Positions 14,552 through 27,979 of a stretch of DNA of 64,000 nt are shown here, one piece after another. Positions within the stretch are counted from its first letter, which is position 1. Every line of letters starts with the position of its first letter. Under the pieces are notes generated by a model. The model searched no databases and was not told the origin of the DNA. It saw only the letters and a program-made list of their open reading frames with translations. This DNA comes from Felis catus. Its lineage: Eukaryota. The stretch is taken from positions 71,364,001-71,428,000 of the forward strand of contig NC_058368.1 in NCBI RefSeq assembly GCF_018350175.1. Reading direction: 5' to 3'. The position numbers were made by a program, and so were the translations under genes.

Positions 14552-15560
14552 TGAGGTGCTGTCCAAAATCTACTTTTGATGAAAATTGCAGTTACTGGAG
14601 TTTTATTAAACTGACAAGTAAACAGATACCAAATGTGTAATGGAATAATTACAATAACCAGATAATTTTTACTCTTTTAGATGGGAAAAAATGGAGATTA
14701 TGCAGAAAACTTTCTTGTTTATATGTTGATGATGATTGTTAGAGAAAGGTTCTTACTTTTTTATGCATTAACAAAGGAGGATTGTCTTTTTGTTTTTATA
14801 TTATATTTTAAAAATTATAGTCATGATTCTGTTTTTTAGGCAAAAGCTACTAACATTTGATGTATATTCTGAGTGTGGTCAGAAGATTTGAAGAAAATAT
14901 ATTTAAAGGCAGTTATGATTTCATTCGTGCATTAGTCAGTGTGTACTTTCTATAGCTTGTCTATAAAAATGGCGAACTACTTCAATAATTCTATACTGTG
15001 GAATATATTTCTTCTGAATTTGAAACTACTAAATGTCCTTTATATACAATGCACTCTGTTGTAAATGTAGACCAGTTTCTTATTAGTAGTTTCAGAAATC
15101 AAAAGTAACTTTTAAAACCAAATTTTAAAAATCCAATGCATTGATGACATCATGGTGATTAAAAAATAACTTTTTTGGGAAAACTGCATAGTACAAACAG
15201 GTTTTAGGCGCTTCTATGTAGGTTTGTGTTTTTATGGATTTTCAGATATGGCAGAAGAAATTTATCTCATTTTTTTTGGAGGGTTGGAGGGGATAAACAA
15301 TGACTTAATTATTGTCTTATGTTGCTTTTTGGTGCCCTTTTTCTACCCAGAAGTAATGTGGTCTTCCAGATCGTTCTGCTTTCTTCAGTTCCTTTGCTTT
15401 TCCTTTCCTCCCCACTCCCCCATATCTCTCAAAAACAGAAGTCTGGAGCAGTTGTCGTGAAAGTTGTTCACTACAAACCTAATTCAAAAATTAGGTTCTA
15501 AAGTGTACAAGCAAGGTAAAAATTTTCTCAAGGCAATATATTATTACCCTTTAAAATCTT

Positions 15561-15784
15561 GGGGCGCCTGGGTGGCGCAGTCGGTTAAGCGTCCGACTTC
15601 AGCCAGGTCACGATCTCGCGGTCCGTGAGTTCGAGCCCCGCGTCAGGCTCTGGGCTGATGGCTCGGAGCCTGGAGCCTGTTTCCGATTCTGTGTCTCCCT
15701 CTCTCTCTGCCCCTCCCCTGTTCATGCTCTGTCTCTCTCTGTCCCAAAAAAAAAACAAAAAACAAAAAACGTTGAAAAAAAAAA
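15561..15784 (+). mobile_element. Young felid CAN-SINE (sense)
   Basis: ggggcgcctgggtggcgcagtcggttaagcgtccgacttcagccaggtcacgatctcgcggtccgtgagttcgagcccc; intact pol III A/B boxes; TSD aaaatctt. Confidence 0.95.
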
Positions 15785-15953
15785 TCTTTTGGGAAAACAT
15801 CAGGTTGCAGACTTGCACAGATGATTTTACCTCTAAAGGAAAATTATCTCAGAACACCATTGTTTCTTTGGTTGAGCATCAGAGAAAGTAATTAGTTGTG
15901 TTGTGGCTGGCGTTATAAGAGATAACATATACTGCTCTTTAAACCCCAGTCTT

Positions 15954-16062
15954 GGGCGCCTGGGTGGCAGTTGGTTAAGCATCTGACTTTGGCTCAGATC
16001 ATGATCTCGAGATTTATGGGTTCGGGCCCCGTGTTGGGCTCTGTGCTGACAGCTCAGAGCCT
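15954..16062 (+). mobile_element. 3'-truncated CAN-SINE (no CT tract or A tail)
   Basis: Head and body up to ctcagagcctg, then similarity stops. Confidence 0.85.
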
Positions 16063-19024
16063 GACTGTAAGAATAAACTCATTGCATGGAGTGACAATAT
16101 TGGTTGAGGATCTGTGTGATAGGCACTGTTTTAGTAGTGTTCCAGGAATACAGACAAAATAATCCTTTCCCTATGCAGTTTATATACTAGATCTGGAGTT
16201 CTTAACCTTTGAGTTCCCAGCCCCAGGAAATTGAGGAGAGGTTTATGCATCTGAATGAGGGAAAAAAGGGACCAATTTCTTCACTAGCTTGTAGTTGGGA
16301 TTTAGTGTTTCCTCCAATATAGGCAACCGACTTACAATAGTGGTAATATCGATGAAACTTTGTACCACTTTGGAAGTCACATGTTATCACATTACAGTTG
16401 TTGAAGATATCTCTGAGTAACAGTGATTATTATTAGATTTGTTGTTGGAGCTTATTATTATAAAGAACCCCATACATTGTATCCCAAATTTGTTCTTAAA
16501 AATATTTTGATGTCTGTAGTTCAGTATAATTTGTTTCGTGTGCAGTCCTATGCATTTTCTTTCTTGCACTTTTGGCCTTGTTTTCACAAGAAGTTCATGT
16601 GTTGCATGATTATGCAAAAGAGGTATATAGCATAAATCCAGACAGTAGGAGACACCACTGTGGCCATCTTTGGAAAAGACAATCTGCTGCAGCCTCTTGG
16701 TAGGAAAGAATGATGTAATAAAGATAGAAAACACAACTCAACGGTTCTGTAAGAGATGTGTATTTTATAAACTAACTTTTTTTCTCACTGTTTTGCCCTC
16801 TTATATGGCACTTACATAGCAATTTCACTGAAAGCTTTAGCACTTACTTTTCATTATTCTTCTTGGGATCTCAGATTGCTTATCCATCATTTCTCCAGGG
16901 CTTCCTGTTAGTAGCATATTCTTTTATGGTGAAGATAACTCTTAAATTTCTAGGTATTGAGATTTGCTGTGCTATTAACCAATGGATTTTAATTTAGCAT
17001 TCAGTATTTTCAGAAATCACTGTATCTATTCATATATTGGGCATCTTTTTGGGTAATAATTTAACCCATTAAATGGCACATTGGTTCAAAATATGTTGAT
17101 AAAATTAATAAAAATATGTGCACCCATACTTTTCTATCTAAAATATTGCTCTCACTTTGATAAGTCATATCTGAAACTTTGTTGAGATTAATAAAAGTAT
17201 GACACTATTTGGTTTGATAATACATGCTCTTTATTTTTAAAAAGGTCCTCTGTATCCCCTGTTACTTTGGAAGAATCTGAACTACAGAAAAATTGAGAGA
17301 ACAGTCCAGAAAATATCCATGGGGTTTTCTTCTGTAGTCACCAGTTGTTAATAGGCCACACTGCATCTACTCCTTGCCTTCTCCCTTCTTAAGGCAGAAA
17401 TATTTTTTGCATACTCGATAAAAATTTTAGCCTTCTTTGGAAGGAAAATCTGATAGCCATTAATTGCTTTATTATTTTATCCAGAGGAGTGTCTTCCTCT
17501 TGTAACATCTTTCCTACGTGGTTTTAGGGAAGTAGCATTTATGGCTTGTCTTAGAATCTTAGAACATCTGAAAGATTAAAAAAAAATAGTGTTGTTATTG
17601 TATGTTAAATTAGGGGGAGAATCATGAAGGCTGTTGAAAGTAGACTCAGATATTTTCATAATAACCTCTGGCTTTCTTTTCCCTATCCACATTTCAGTGA
17701 AATACGGCATGACTGGAAAATTGATCATGTCTGCATTGTGGAATACCCCTGCTAGATTTCGAGGACTATGAGGGCAGTTTCTGCTTTATTTTTGTATTCC
17801 TGTCACCTAAATATGCACCAGGCACATGGTTTCATGATTAGTAAAAACGTATTGAGTGAATGTGTAACTTAGGTATAACAAATGATGTTTTTAATGCAGT
17901 TTCCATGAGTTCCAAAATATCCCCGTGATGCTTTCAAATGTGACAATTTATTTGGGTGATTTTGATTTTCACCTTTAGTATTCTTTGTTTAAATGGAAAA
18001 TGTAAGCTCTGAGTCGTTACAGCAAAGACAAACTGTAAAGTGCCTTGTTTTTCTTTCTGAATCCTCATGTCCCATCTAATAAAAAGTTGGTCATATGGTA
18101 TTGAAAACAATAATTCATTGTGCTTTAGTTTCTTTGAGCTTTGCAGTCTCCTGAGATCTAAAAACTCCATTCCCCTAAATCAAAGAAGTAATAGAGGACT
18201 AAGAAAACCTGATACCTTTTCCCTCAGAACTCTGAGAAATAGGAATTGTTGCAATATGTTTTGAATTTATCTTCTAGTCATTGTTTACTTTCAATGTTGT
18301 ATTTTTTTAAGCACAAAAACAAAAGTGGTATTTATTTCTAATATTGCCAGATGGAGTGTTTGCAAATTAAAAGATTGGAATAATTTTAATACTGTATTTA
18401 AGTACAGATACTTAATTTGAAGATTAATAAGCTATTAATAATGTATAAAAAGAATTAAACTTTATATTCTGAATATATCAGTGAATGGAAAAAAATATAC
18501 TCATTTAGTTTTAGGTAAGCAAGTGTGAGTTTTTAATAGACCGAATGAGCCCAAGTGTATGAATTTAGTGAGCATATTTTAATTCTAATGATTTAAATGA
18601 TTACAGTTTGGGAATAAAACATGTAAAGCGATAATCCTATCCATACTTTCTATTTTCAAAAATTGTACTTTCCTAAGTATTAATTTTGAACAAGTCCAGA
18701 AATGACTAAGCTGTCATGACCTGTATGGGTGTGTAGAGGGCAATTATATTTAAGTAAAGGTGTGCATTTAAACTATCATGAAATGTTAGTTCTTGAGGAT
18801 CCTCCTGTTCTGGGTTCATTTTCACAGAGTACTTTGCTGTAGTTTTGCCCCAGTTGTGCCGTTGGTCAGTTTGACCCTTTGCATTTTTGTGTGCGTATTC
18901 TGACTCTTGAATCAAATGGACATGCATTTTTGTATTTTTTAGTAATAGAATTAAGGTACATTGGGTTGATGAAATGGAATTTTATGTGATTTGTGTGGTT
19001 TATTAAAAATACCTGACTTTTCAC

Positions 19025-19130
19025 AGTGAACTAGGTATTGGTATTCCTATTTCATTACAAAATCTAGGATCAGGGAAGTTAAATCACTGACCGCATGTCA
19101 CAGAGCTGGTGAGTGTAAGACTTGCAGGTC
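19025..19130 (-). mobile_element. MIR fragment
   Basis: attcctatttcattacaaaatctaggatcagggaagttaaatcactgacc...gtcacagagctggtgagtg. Confidence 0.55.
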
Positions 19131-19256
19131 ACCGCAAGTCAATTTAGATACTTGTGCATTAAGTGAATTTTTCTTTGCTTTGTTCATAAGTAAGCCACGA
19201 TAAATATTTAATTGCTTTGTTTTCTTTTAGATTGAGGGCTGTGTTTGTTTTGTTAG

Positions 19257-19406
<150 letters not shown>

Positions 19407-20312
19407 TAAGATGTTTTCTAATTATTATGACTTCAAAATAACATCATTGATTCCTATTGGAAACACATCCTTTCTTCCATTTAGAATGATTGTGAATCGT
19501 TCTGGTATGTTTCCATAACTTCAAAATAGAGAATGTACATAAATTGATCACTTCCCTTTGGAATTGGGTATACTTTTTGTCAGAGTGCCAGAATGTTGGT
19601 CAACAGAGGGAATGATATAAAAATCCTATAGGAACAAGCAGTCCCAAGATGGACCAGGCTGAATACATTGTGCCCAGAGGCTCATTAGCCCTCTTCTGAG
19701 ACTGGCCATTTCAGAGCTGTTTTTGTTTTGTTTTGTTTTTTAAGTGCTTCATCTGGATTCCTATTATTTCAGTTCACCAAATGTCTGCATGGCTGGCCCA
19801 CTGAGACAAGCATTCTTCTAGGAGCTGGTAGTAGAGAGATGAGTAAATGATTTACTCTACTCAGGTTAAGATTTTAATCCAACTGCTAAAGTGGTTGTGG
19901 GGAGTATGGATTTCAGCAGGACAAACTGGGTTTTCTGAAATGGCACACAGAGGATGATGATGTGTCCTGAATTGCCATTTTTGTCAGAATTGTCTTCATT
20001 CTATTTTACACATTAGGGCTATGAATTGAATTAAAATTGATAAAACATAAATATCAAATTTGAAATCATACTGAAATTTAGGTTATTATTTTCCTCATTT
20101 CAGTGTGAATAGAGAACCAGAAAACTAATAGGTTATTTGCTGCCCTTGCCCCTTCTGATGGGGCATAGTAAAAGTCCTAGGTTTTGTCATTGTGGTTTTG
20201 TTAAGTTTAATTTTCATTTTACATAGATATTATTTATGAGTAGAAAATCTTCATCTAGATCCTCAAATTTTCCAGAATGGGAAAAATGTGCAAACATACA
20301 TAGTTAGTAGTT

Positions 20313-20540
20313 AAACATTTTTTTTTTTTAATGTTTGTTTATTTTTGAGAGAGAGAGAGAGAGAGAGACAGAGCATGGGCAGGGGAGGGGCAGAGAGAGA
20401 GGAAGACACAGAATCTGAAGCAGGCTCCAGGCCCTGAGCTGTCGGCACAGAGCCCGATGCTGGGCTTGAACCAACGACCCACGAGATCATGACCTGAGCC
20501 AAAGTCGGACACTTAACCGACTGAGCCACCCATGCACCCC
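20313..20540 (-). mobile_element. CAN-SINE
   Basis: TSD-like agttagtagtt on both sides. Confidence 0.92.
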
Positions 20541-20609
20541 ATCAGTTAGTAGTTTTAAAACGTTGAATATAGTGTATTTATTTCTGAAGTTAGCAGGATT
20601 TTTTGTTGT

Positions 20610-21440
20610 TGTTGGTTTTTTGTTTTTAGATGTTATAAATTGAGATAACACACCTCTTCAGTAAAGTCCACAAATCTTGTGTATGCTTCAATAAAATTCT
20701 TGTGCACACATGGAAACCTGTATAGCAACCATCCAGATAGATAGAGAGATGGATAGATAGATAGATAGACATAAGATGTATAGCACATTTCTGTGACATT
20801 AGAAGATTTCTTCATACCATTTCCCAGCCAATCCCTGCATTTCGCTACCAAAGTACCTGCTGTTCTGACCTCTAACACCACAGATTATTTTTGTCCTTAA
20901 ACTTCATATAAATGAAATTATACAATATATATTTGGTTATACGTACTTGGCTTCTTTCACACAATATCATATCTTTGAGATTCTTCCGTGAGGCTGTATG
21001 TTATTTATTCATTCTAAGAAATTGTTCTGCAGGGGCACCTGAGTGGCCCAGTTGGCCAAGCGTCTGACTCTTGATTTCGGTTCAGGTCATGATCCCAGGG
21101 TCGTGGGATCAAGCCCTGCATCAGGCTCCATGCTGAGTGTGGAGCTTAAGATTCTCTCTCTGCCCCTCTCTCTCGCTTGTACTCTCTCTCTTTCTAAAAT
21201 AAAAAATAAATAAATCAGAATAAAAAAATAAATTGCTCTGTGATATTTCATTGTTAGAATAACCTGTAATTTATCCATTTTCTTGTTGGTGGGTCTTCTG
21301 GTTGTTGTCAGCTTTTTAATGCTGAATAAATTGCTGTGTCTTTTCATGGACATATATATTCTTTCAGATATACTGAGGAGAAATATTACTGGATTACATG
21401 GTAATGTTATGTTTAGTTCTAGTAAATACTGTAGTTGTCA
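20610..21440 (-). mobile_element. Old L1ME-type 3' end containing a (TAGA)n tract and a sense SINE
   Basis: acttcatataaatgaaattatacaatatat...ggcttctttcac...tttgagattcttcc. Confidence 0.65.
21032..21231 (+). mobile_element. CAN-SINE (sense)
   Basis: ggggcacctgagtggcccagttgg...; TSD-like aattgttctg / aattgctctg. Confidence 0.9.
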
Positions 21441-21449
21441 TATATTTGT

Positions 21450-21764
21450 ATATATTTTTTATTTTTATACAAGTTTTTTTAAGTGTTAGAGAGACAGACA
21501 GACACAACAAGTGGGGCAGGGGCAGAGAGAGGAGGGCAGAGGATCTGAAGTGGGCTCTGCGCTGACAGCAGCAAGTCTGACTTGGGGCATGAACTTATGA
21601 ACCATGAAGTCATAACCCGAGCCGAAGTTAGACGCTCAACTGACTGAGTCTTCCAGGCGCCCCATATATATTTTTAATAAGCTTCACTCCCAGTGGGGGG
21701 TTGGAACTCACAACCCTTACATCAAGAGTTGCGTGCTTCACCAGTTGAGTCAGCCAGGTGCCCC
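21450..21764 (-). mobile_element. CAN-SINE (about 21450-21663) plus short tRNA-like SINE (about 21668-21764)
   Basis: Two antisense heads ending ccaggcgcccc and ccaggtgcccc. Confidence 0.88.
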
Positions 21765-23408
21765 TGTCCTTTATATATTTTGGATATTAATCCCTTATTA
21801 GATATATCATTTGCAAATATCTTCTCCCATCAGTAGGTTGTCTTTTTGTCTTGTTGATGGTTTCCTTTGCTGTGTGAAAGCTTTTTATTTTGTGGTAGCC
21901 CCAATAATTTATTTTTGCTTTTGTTTCCCTTGCCTTAGGGAACATATCTAGAAAAATGTTGCTGTGGCCGATGTCAGAGAAATTACTAGAATTTTTATGG
22001 TTTCATGTCTCACATTTCGGTCTTTAATTCATTTGGAGTTTATTTTTGTGTATGGTGTTAAAAAGTGGTCCATTTTCAGGGAGCCAGGGTGGCTCAGTTT
22101 TCACCTCAGGTCATGATCTCATGATTCATGAGATTGAGCCCCACATCAGGCTCTGTGCTTACGGTGTGGAGCCTGCTTGGGATTCTCTCGCTGCCCCTCC
22201 CTAGCTCACGTGCCCTTGCTCTCTCTCACTGTCTCTCAAAATAAACTTAAAAAAAAAAAAAGTGATCTAGTTTCATTCTTTTACATATAGCTGTCCAGTT
22301 TTCACAACACCATTAACTGAAGACACTATCTTTTCCCCATCGTATATTCTTGCCTCCTTTGTCATAGATTAACTGACATAAAATCATGGGTTTATTTCTG
22401 GGCACTCTGGTTAGTTCTGTTGATCCATGTGTTTGTTTTTGTGCCGGTACCACACTATTTTGATTACTATTTGTAGTATATCTTGAAATCTGGGATGGTG
22501 ATACCTTTAAGCTTTGTTGTTCTTAAAATTGCTTTGACTACAAATTTTGGGATTATTTGCTTTTAGTCTGTGAAGAATGTTGTTGCTATTTTGGTAGGGA
22601 TTACATTAAATTTGTAGATGGCTTTGGGTACTATGGATATCTTAACAATATTCTTCCAGTCCATGAGCATGGAATAGCTTTACATTTGTTTGCGACATCT
22701 TCAGTTTCTTTCATCAGTATTTCATAGTTTCCAGAGTAAAGATCTTTCATCTTCTTGGTTATTTTATTCCTAAGTATTGTATTCTTTTTAGTGCAATTAT
22801 AAATGGAATTGTTTTCTTTATTTCTCTTTCTGCTATTTCATTATTATCATATGGAAATGTGGCTGATTTCTCTATATTGATTTTGTATCCTGCACCTTTA
22901 CTGAATACATTTATTACTCCTAGTAGTGTTTTTGGTGGAGTCTTTAGAGTTTTCTATGTATGGTATCATGTGTCTGCAAATAGTGACATTTTAACTTCTT
23001 CCTTACCAGTTTGGATGCCTTTCATTGCCTGACTGCTGTGGCTAGGACTTACAGTATTTTGTTGACTAAACGAGGCAAGAATGGGCATCCTTGTCTTGTT
23101 TTTGATTTTGAGAAAAGTTCTTAATTTTTCACCATTGAGTATGGTGTTAGCTGTGGATTTTTTGCATCTGGCCTTTATTATGCTGATGTACGTTCCCTCT
23201 AAACCCACCTGAAGAGTTTTTATCATGAATGGATGTTGAATTTTGTCATGCTTTTTCTGTATCTGCTGAGATGATCATATGATTTTTTTTCATTTTGTTA
23301 ATGTGGTTATCACACTGATTAATTTGTGAATATTGAACCATCCTTGCATCCCTGGAATAAATTCCACTTGCTCATGGTGAATGGTTCTTTTAATATATTG
23401 TTGAATGT
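21765..23408 (-). mobile_element. L1 ORF2 fragment (reverse transcriptase region), decayed
   Basis: Minus-strand ORF 22966-23226 MIKTLQVGLEGTYISIIKA...TANTILNGEKL resembles L1 ORF2 MIKTL..[29 protein letters not shown]; frameshifted. Confidence 0.92.
22079..22261 (+). mobile_element. CAN-SINE (sense) inside L1
   Basis: ggtcatgatctcatgattcatgagattgagcccc...aaaataaacttaaaaa. Confidence 0.88.
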
Positions 23409-23733
23409 GAAGGCCATCTTTGGATATGAGCTACCACAACCCATTCTTCAGGCCCTAATGATCATGTCCTTCCATAAGTAGAATATAAACATCTTCCTTT
23501 CAAGACCAGAATCTCTTTTTCAAACTTGGCCTTGCTGTGGATGAGACTTCTTGTGTACAGCTCATTAAAACTGTTCTCCTGATGCAGAGACCTCTGTATT
23601 TAAAGACAGTTTGACGCCTCCTTGTCAAACTTGCAATGATGGGAGGAAAGGCTATGACACTGCAATAAGTAGCCCCATTCAACAAGGTAAAAAAAAAAAA
23701 AAAAGCTAGGCACACAGTATTTATTGGCTGTTA

Positions 23734-24169
23734 CTTTTTTTTTTTTTGAGAAAGATACAGAGACCAAGTGGGGGAGGGGTAGAGTGAGAAGGAGACAGAA
23801 TCTCAAGCAGGCTCCATGCTGTCAGCACAGAACCCAATGCCGGCCTCAAACTTACTAACCATGAGATCATTACCTGAGCTGAAACCAAGAGTCTGATTCT
23901 TTTTTTTTTTTTTAATTTTTTTTTCAACATTTATTTATTTTTTTGGGGACAGAGAGAGACCGAGCATGAATGGGGGAGGGGCAGAGAGAGAGGGAGACAC
24001 AGAATCGGAAACAGGCTCCAGGCTCTGAGCCATCAGCCCAGAGCCTGACGCGGGGCTTGAACTCACGGACCGCGAGATCGTGACCTGGCTGAAGTCGGAC
24101 ACTTAACCGACTGCACCACCCAGGCGCCCCGAGTCTGATTCTTAACTAATTGAGCCACTCAGGTGCCCC
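23734..24169 (-). mobile_element. Older CAN-SINE split by a young CAN-SINE (23902-24130)
   Basis: 13-bp TSD gagtctgattctt at 23889-23901 and 24131-24143; the host sequence resumes after the insert. Confidence 0.93.
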
Positions 24170-24234
24170 AGCTTTTATTTAGTATTTGAAAACCAGCAGT
24201 TGAAGTAGAGAGCTCTCATAGGAGTTTTTTTGTT

Positions 24235-24590
24235 GTTGTAATTCTTGGTGAGAGATGATGGCAACTTGGGCCAGGATGTTGGTATTGGAGGAGAGGAAAT
24301 GTGATTGAATTCTGGATACTCTGTGAAGGTAGACTAGATTTTCTAAAAGATCAGATGTGATGTATAAGAAAAAGTGTAAGACATCAAAGATGGCTTTAGG
24401 GTTTGGGCCTGAGGAATTAGAAGACTGGGACTATCTTTTACTGAGGAAGGAAAAAACTATGAGAGATGCATGTTTTAGGGAGGAAATCAGGGTGTGATGT
24501 TGGATAAATCACAGTTGAGATATCAAAGTGTAGGTACTAAGTAGACTGTTGGATATTTAAGTCTGTAATTTAGGGGAGATACTTGGGCTG
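24235..24590 (-). mobile_element. L2 fragment
   Basis: ggtgagagatgatggcaacttgg...atcaaagatggctttagggtttgggcctgag...ttggatatttaagtctg. Confidence 0.7.
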
Positions 24591-25291
24591 TCCTTCCTGT
24601 AAGATCTTACAGGCAAAATTAATTCCCCCTTCTTTGTATTCCTCATCTGTCACTTATTTGTGCTATTAGAAGACCATTTATTTTATCTTTGTCTGACTTT
24701 TCCAATAGACCAAGAAGTCCTTGAAGGCAGTTAGTAGGTCTTATTCACATGTGGTTCCAACAACCAGGCCGATGTCTTTCACATTACCAATACTCTCTAA
24801 AGCTTCGTCAAGTTGTGTTAAGTAATTATATATCTACATCAGCCTTTATTTTCATTAGTCGTGGCGTATAATCTAGGTGATAATTTTAAACACAGGTGAA
24901 AGTGTTTTAAATAGGTAACAGTAATTACTTAAATAGGTAACAGAGATGTTGCTCTATCTGATCTGTGCTTGGAAGTTTTTTATTTTCCTCAATTTGCATT
25001 TATATGAGGTGATTTGTGCACACTATAAGGGACATTCAATGAAAAGTGAGCATTCCTTTCACCCTTGTCTCCAAGTCCCCTGGTTTCTGTCCCTAGAAGC
25101 AGGCACTGTTACTGTTTTTTGAATATCCTGCCATGGACTGTGAAGTATAGATATGTATGTCACTTACATGCCTATAGATATGTATGAAGCACTTTTCAGT
25201 AGGCAGTATTTCTGGGAGATTTTTCCACATTGAGTACCTGCGCATTGGTAAAGGGCTATATTAAAAGTTGTTTTTTTTTTTTAATCATGAT

Positions 25292-25394
25292 GGGGGGCAA
25301 CTGGCAGGCTCAGTCAGTGGAGCATGCAACTCTTGATCTCAGGGCCCTGAGTTCGAGCCCCACATTAGGTGTAGAGATTACATTTAAAAAAAAA
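25292..25394 (+). mobile_element. Short tRNA-Lys-like CAN-SINE (sense)
   Basis: ggctcagtcagtggagcatgcaactcttgatctcaggg...gagttcgagccccacattaggtgtagagattac + A tail. Confidence 0.88.
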
Positions 25395-26190
25395 TTCATG
25401 ATGGATTTAAGGATTAACTTCCCTTACAAGCACTTCTTATTTAGATTGTCGGGTCACTTAGTTTCTTCATTTATTTAGTGGAATAAATCCTTGTCAAATT
25501 ATTTTTGTTGAATGCTTAGGAAATGGCAAGACTTTATAAAAAGAACCAGGAGACTACACAGACTTCAGGGAAAAATAGATGTGATTCTATATATGAATCT
25601 AATATGTTATAGTTAGAAATATTTCTGAGAATTCTTGGTTATGGCTTAATTTCTTGGCTGCAAAGTCTGCTTTCACTCCCTTGTCAACTAGAATGAAAAG
25701 AAGTAGAATAAATTTAGTGTAAAACTATTTTTCAGGTATGCTTCATGCAGCCACCTTTGAGTCTTAAAAATCAAATTCCAAATTTTTTGACATTTAATTA
25801 CTGCCGTGTTTTCCTTTGCTTGGATCATTCTTAAGGTATAGATAGGTTTTATTCCTAAAAATTAAGTTTGCATTCATATGTTAACTACTCATTTCATAGT
25901 TTGTTATACTTGCTGTAACCATGATCTTTTTTGATTTTATATTTTCAGCAGCCATATAAAATATTAAGATGATGCTATCTGCTATTTATAATGCGTAAGG
26001 AAACAGAGTGACTTGCCCAGAGAAGTGAGTTAAAATTGTTGCCTAGCCCAAGCCTTCTAGAGTAGCTTTTACTTCTGTGACCTTAACATATGCATTCAAT
26101 AATAGTTATCTACTTCTTAATCATGAAAATATATTAATCTGTTCCTAAAAGCAAGCATTCTGTCCAAAAATATTAACCAAGAGCATGTTT

Positions 26191-26373
26191 TAGGGTTACC
26201 AGATTTAGCTGATAAGATACATATTAAATTTGAATTTCAGATAAACTGGTTTTTGTTTTGAAGTGAAGGTACATCCTAGTAAGTATTTGGGACCTATTTT
26301 CTTTAAGATTTTTGGTTGTTTATTTAAAATTCAAATTCAACTGGCTATCCTGTTATTTTATCTGGCAGTTCCA
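26191..26373. mobile_element. MER53-like palindromic non-autonomous DNA transposon
   Basis: Ends tagggttaccagat / atctggcagttcca; internal arms aatttgaatttcagataaac (26227-26246) and gtttatttaaaattcaaatt (26318-26337) are 18/20 complementary. Confidence 0.8.
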
Positions 26374-26890
26374 GCTCATTTTTCAGTATTACAAATGGGA
26401 AAAATCATAATGTGTTACATGGTAACCCCAGACTTTTTATCACTTTCTATAACAAAAAAAAGCACATAAAAACATCCATATATAAATAGCAGACTACATA
26501 TTGGATGTAAATAAGATAGTATTTCTTGATCAACAGGTATTTAATGATGTTAAAAACAAACCGATGTTTGTGATAACAGTCATGGTTTTCCTAAAGCATC
26601 ACTGATACCTAGAACATATATTCCCCTTTATTGACACTCAGTTTCCTTCACAAAATTTGTACAATTGATGTGGTATTTCCCCTAGTACATTGGAAATGTA
26701 ACATGAGAATTTTTTCCTCAAGTCTTTTAAAACATTTTAGTGAGTTTTTGGGGTTGTAAATAGTTTTCCTCTATTAACATCAACCAAAAGAGAAACATAT
26801 TTGAGAGGTACATGTGTTTTGTGAGGTGTGCTTGGTAAAAACCAATGGTTGTTGCATGGTGAAAATGTTAATTGGGCACATACTCTATAG

Positions 26891-27025
<135 letters not shown>

Positions 27026-27762
27026 TAAGAGTTTCTCTCAGTGAGCATTTGTAACAGACTGATTTTGTTTCCTACATTCCTTTCCCATTTTACTGGCTAA
27101 AATTGCTTTAATTGCAGTTTGGTAGACATGGTATGATTCTATTGATGTGTATTTTTATAATTAAGAATTTGCCACTTCAGCTTCCTCAGTACTTAGTGCA
27201 TGACACGTGAGAGAGTTCTTGGGAAAGAAAGGTGGGGTTTTGTTAGAGGAGAGAGTTGAGTGGATAGCCAGCTATGACTTCCACAGGCTTCTAGGGAATA
27301 GACCCTGCTAGTGTTTCCAGTCATGTGGAATGTCCAGGATCTTCTGTTGGTGAAAGTTTCATAAAGTCGATCCTGAAGTTTTTAAATTTGTCTTACCATG
27401 AAGAGGCTTCTGGAGCATAATTTTTAGAGATTTCTTGATTTATCAGCACTCTTTCAGGCACTTCTCCAAGACACCTTTAGATGTGTTGAATATAGCAATT
27501 TCATGGAACTTCATGTCTAATTTGATGCTAGGTTGGTATTTGTATATATCCAAGTTGTCTCTTAGTCCTTAAAAATCCTACTTGAGTGTACATTGTTATT
27601 TTTAATAACCAGGCGATAAGGAGTATAGCCAATTATAATTTTGTCATAGCCAGTGTGCCTTGATATATGTGTATAGTTTCTGTAAAAAGTAGATGTGTCT
27701 ATGAGCAGATTTTTTAATCACAGGGTAATGGCAAAAAGCAAATCCTACTTCAATTATAATGG

Positions 27763-27965
27763 TTTTTATTTATTTACTTTTAACGTGTATTTTTTAAGGA
27801 GAGAGACAGAGCATGAGCAGGGGAGGGGCAGAGAAAGGAGGAGACACAGAATCCGAAGCAGGCTCCAGGCTCTGAGCTGTCATCATAGAGCCCGTCGTGG
27901 GGCTCAAATTCAAGAGCCATGAGCTAAAATTGGGCGCTTAACTGACTGAGCCACCCAGGTGCCCC
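27763..27965 (-). mobile_element. CAN-SINE
   Basis: Typical antisense body. Confidence 0.9.
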
Positions 27966-27979
27966 TGGTTTTTAAATAT

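Noticed and set aside
22966..23226. Reverse-transcriptase-like ORF
   Set aside because: A frameshifted, truncated L1 ORF2 relic, not an active or domesticated gene.
25292..25394. tRNA-Lys-like sequences (also about 2545, 8340, 21690, 37800, 38630, 50210, 60480)
   Set aside because: They have A-rich tails, TSDs and broken stems, so they are tRNA-derived SINEs rather than tRNA genes.
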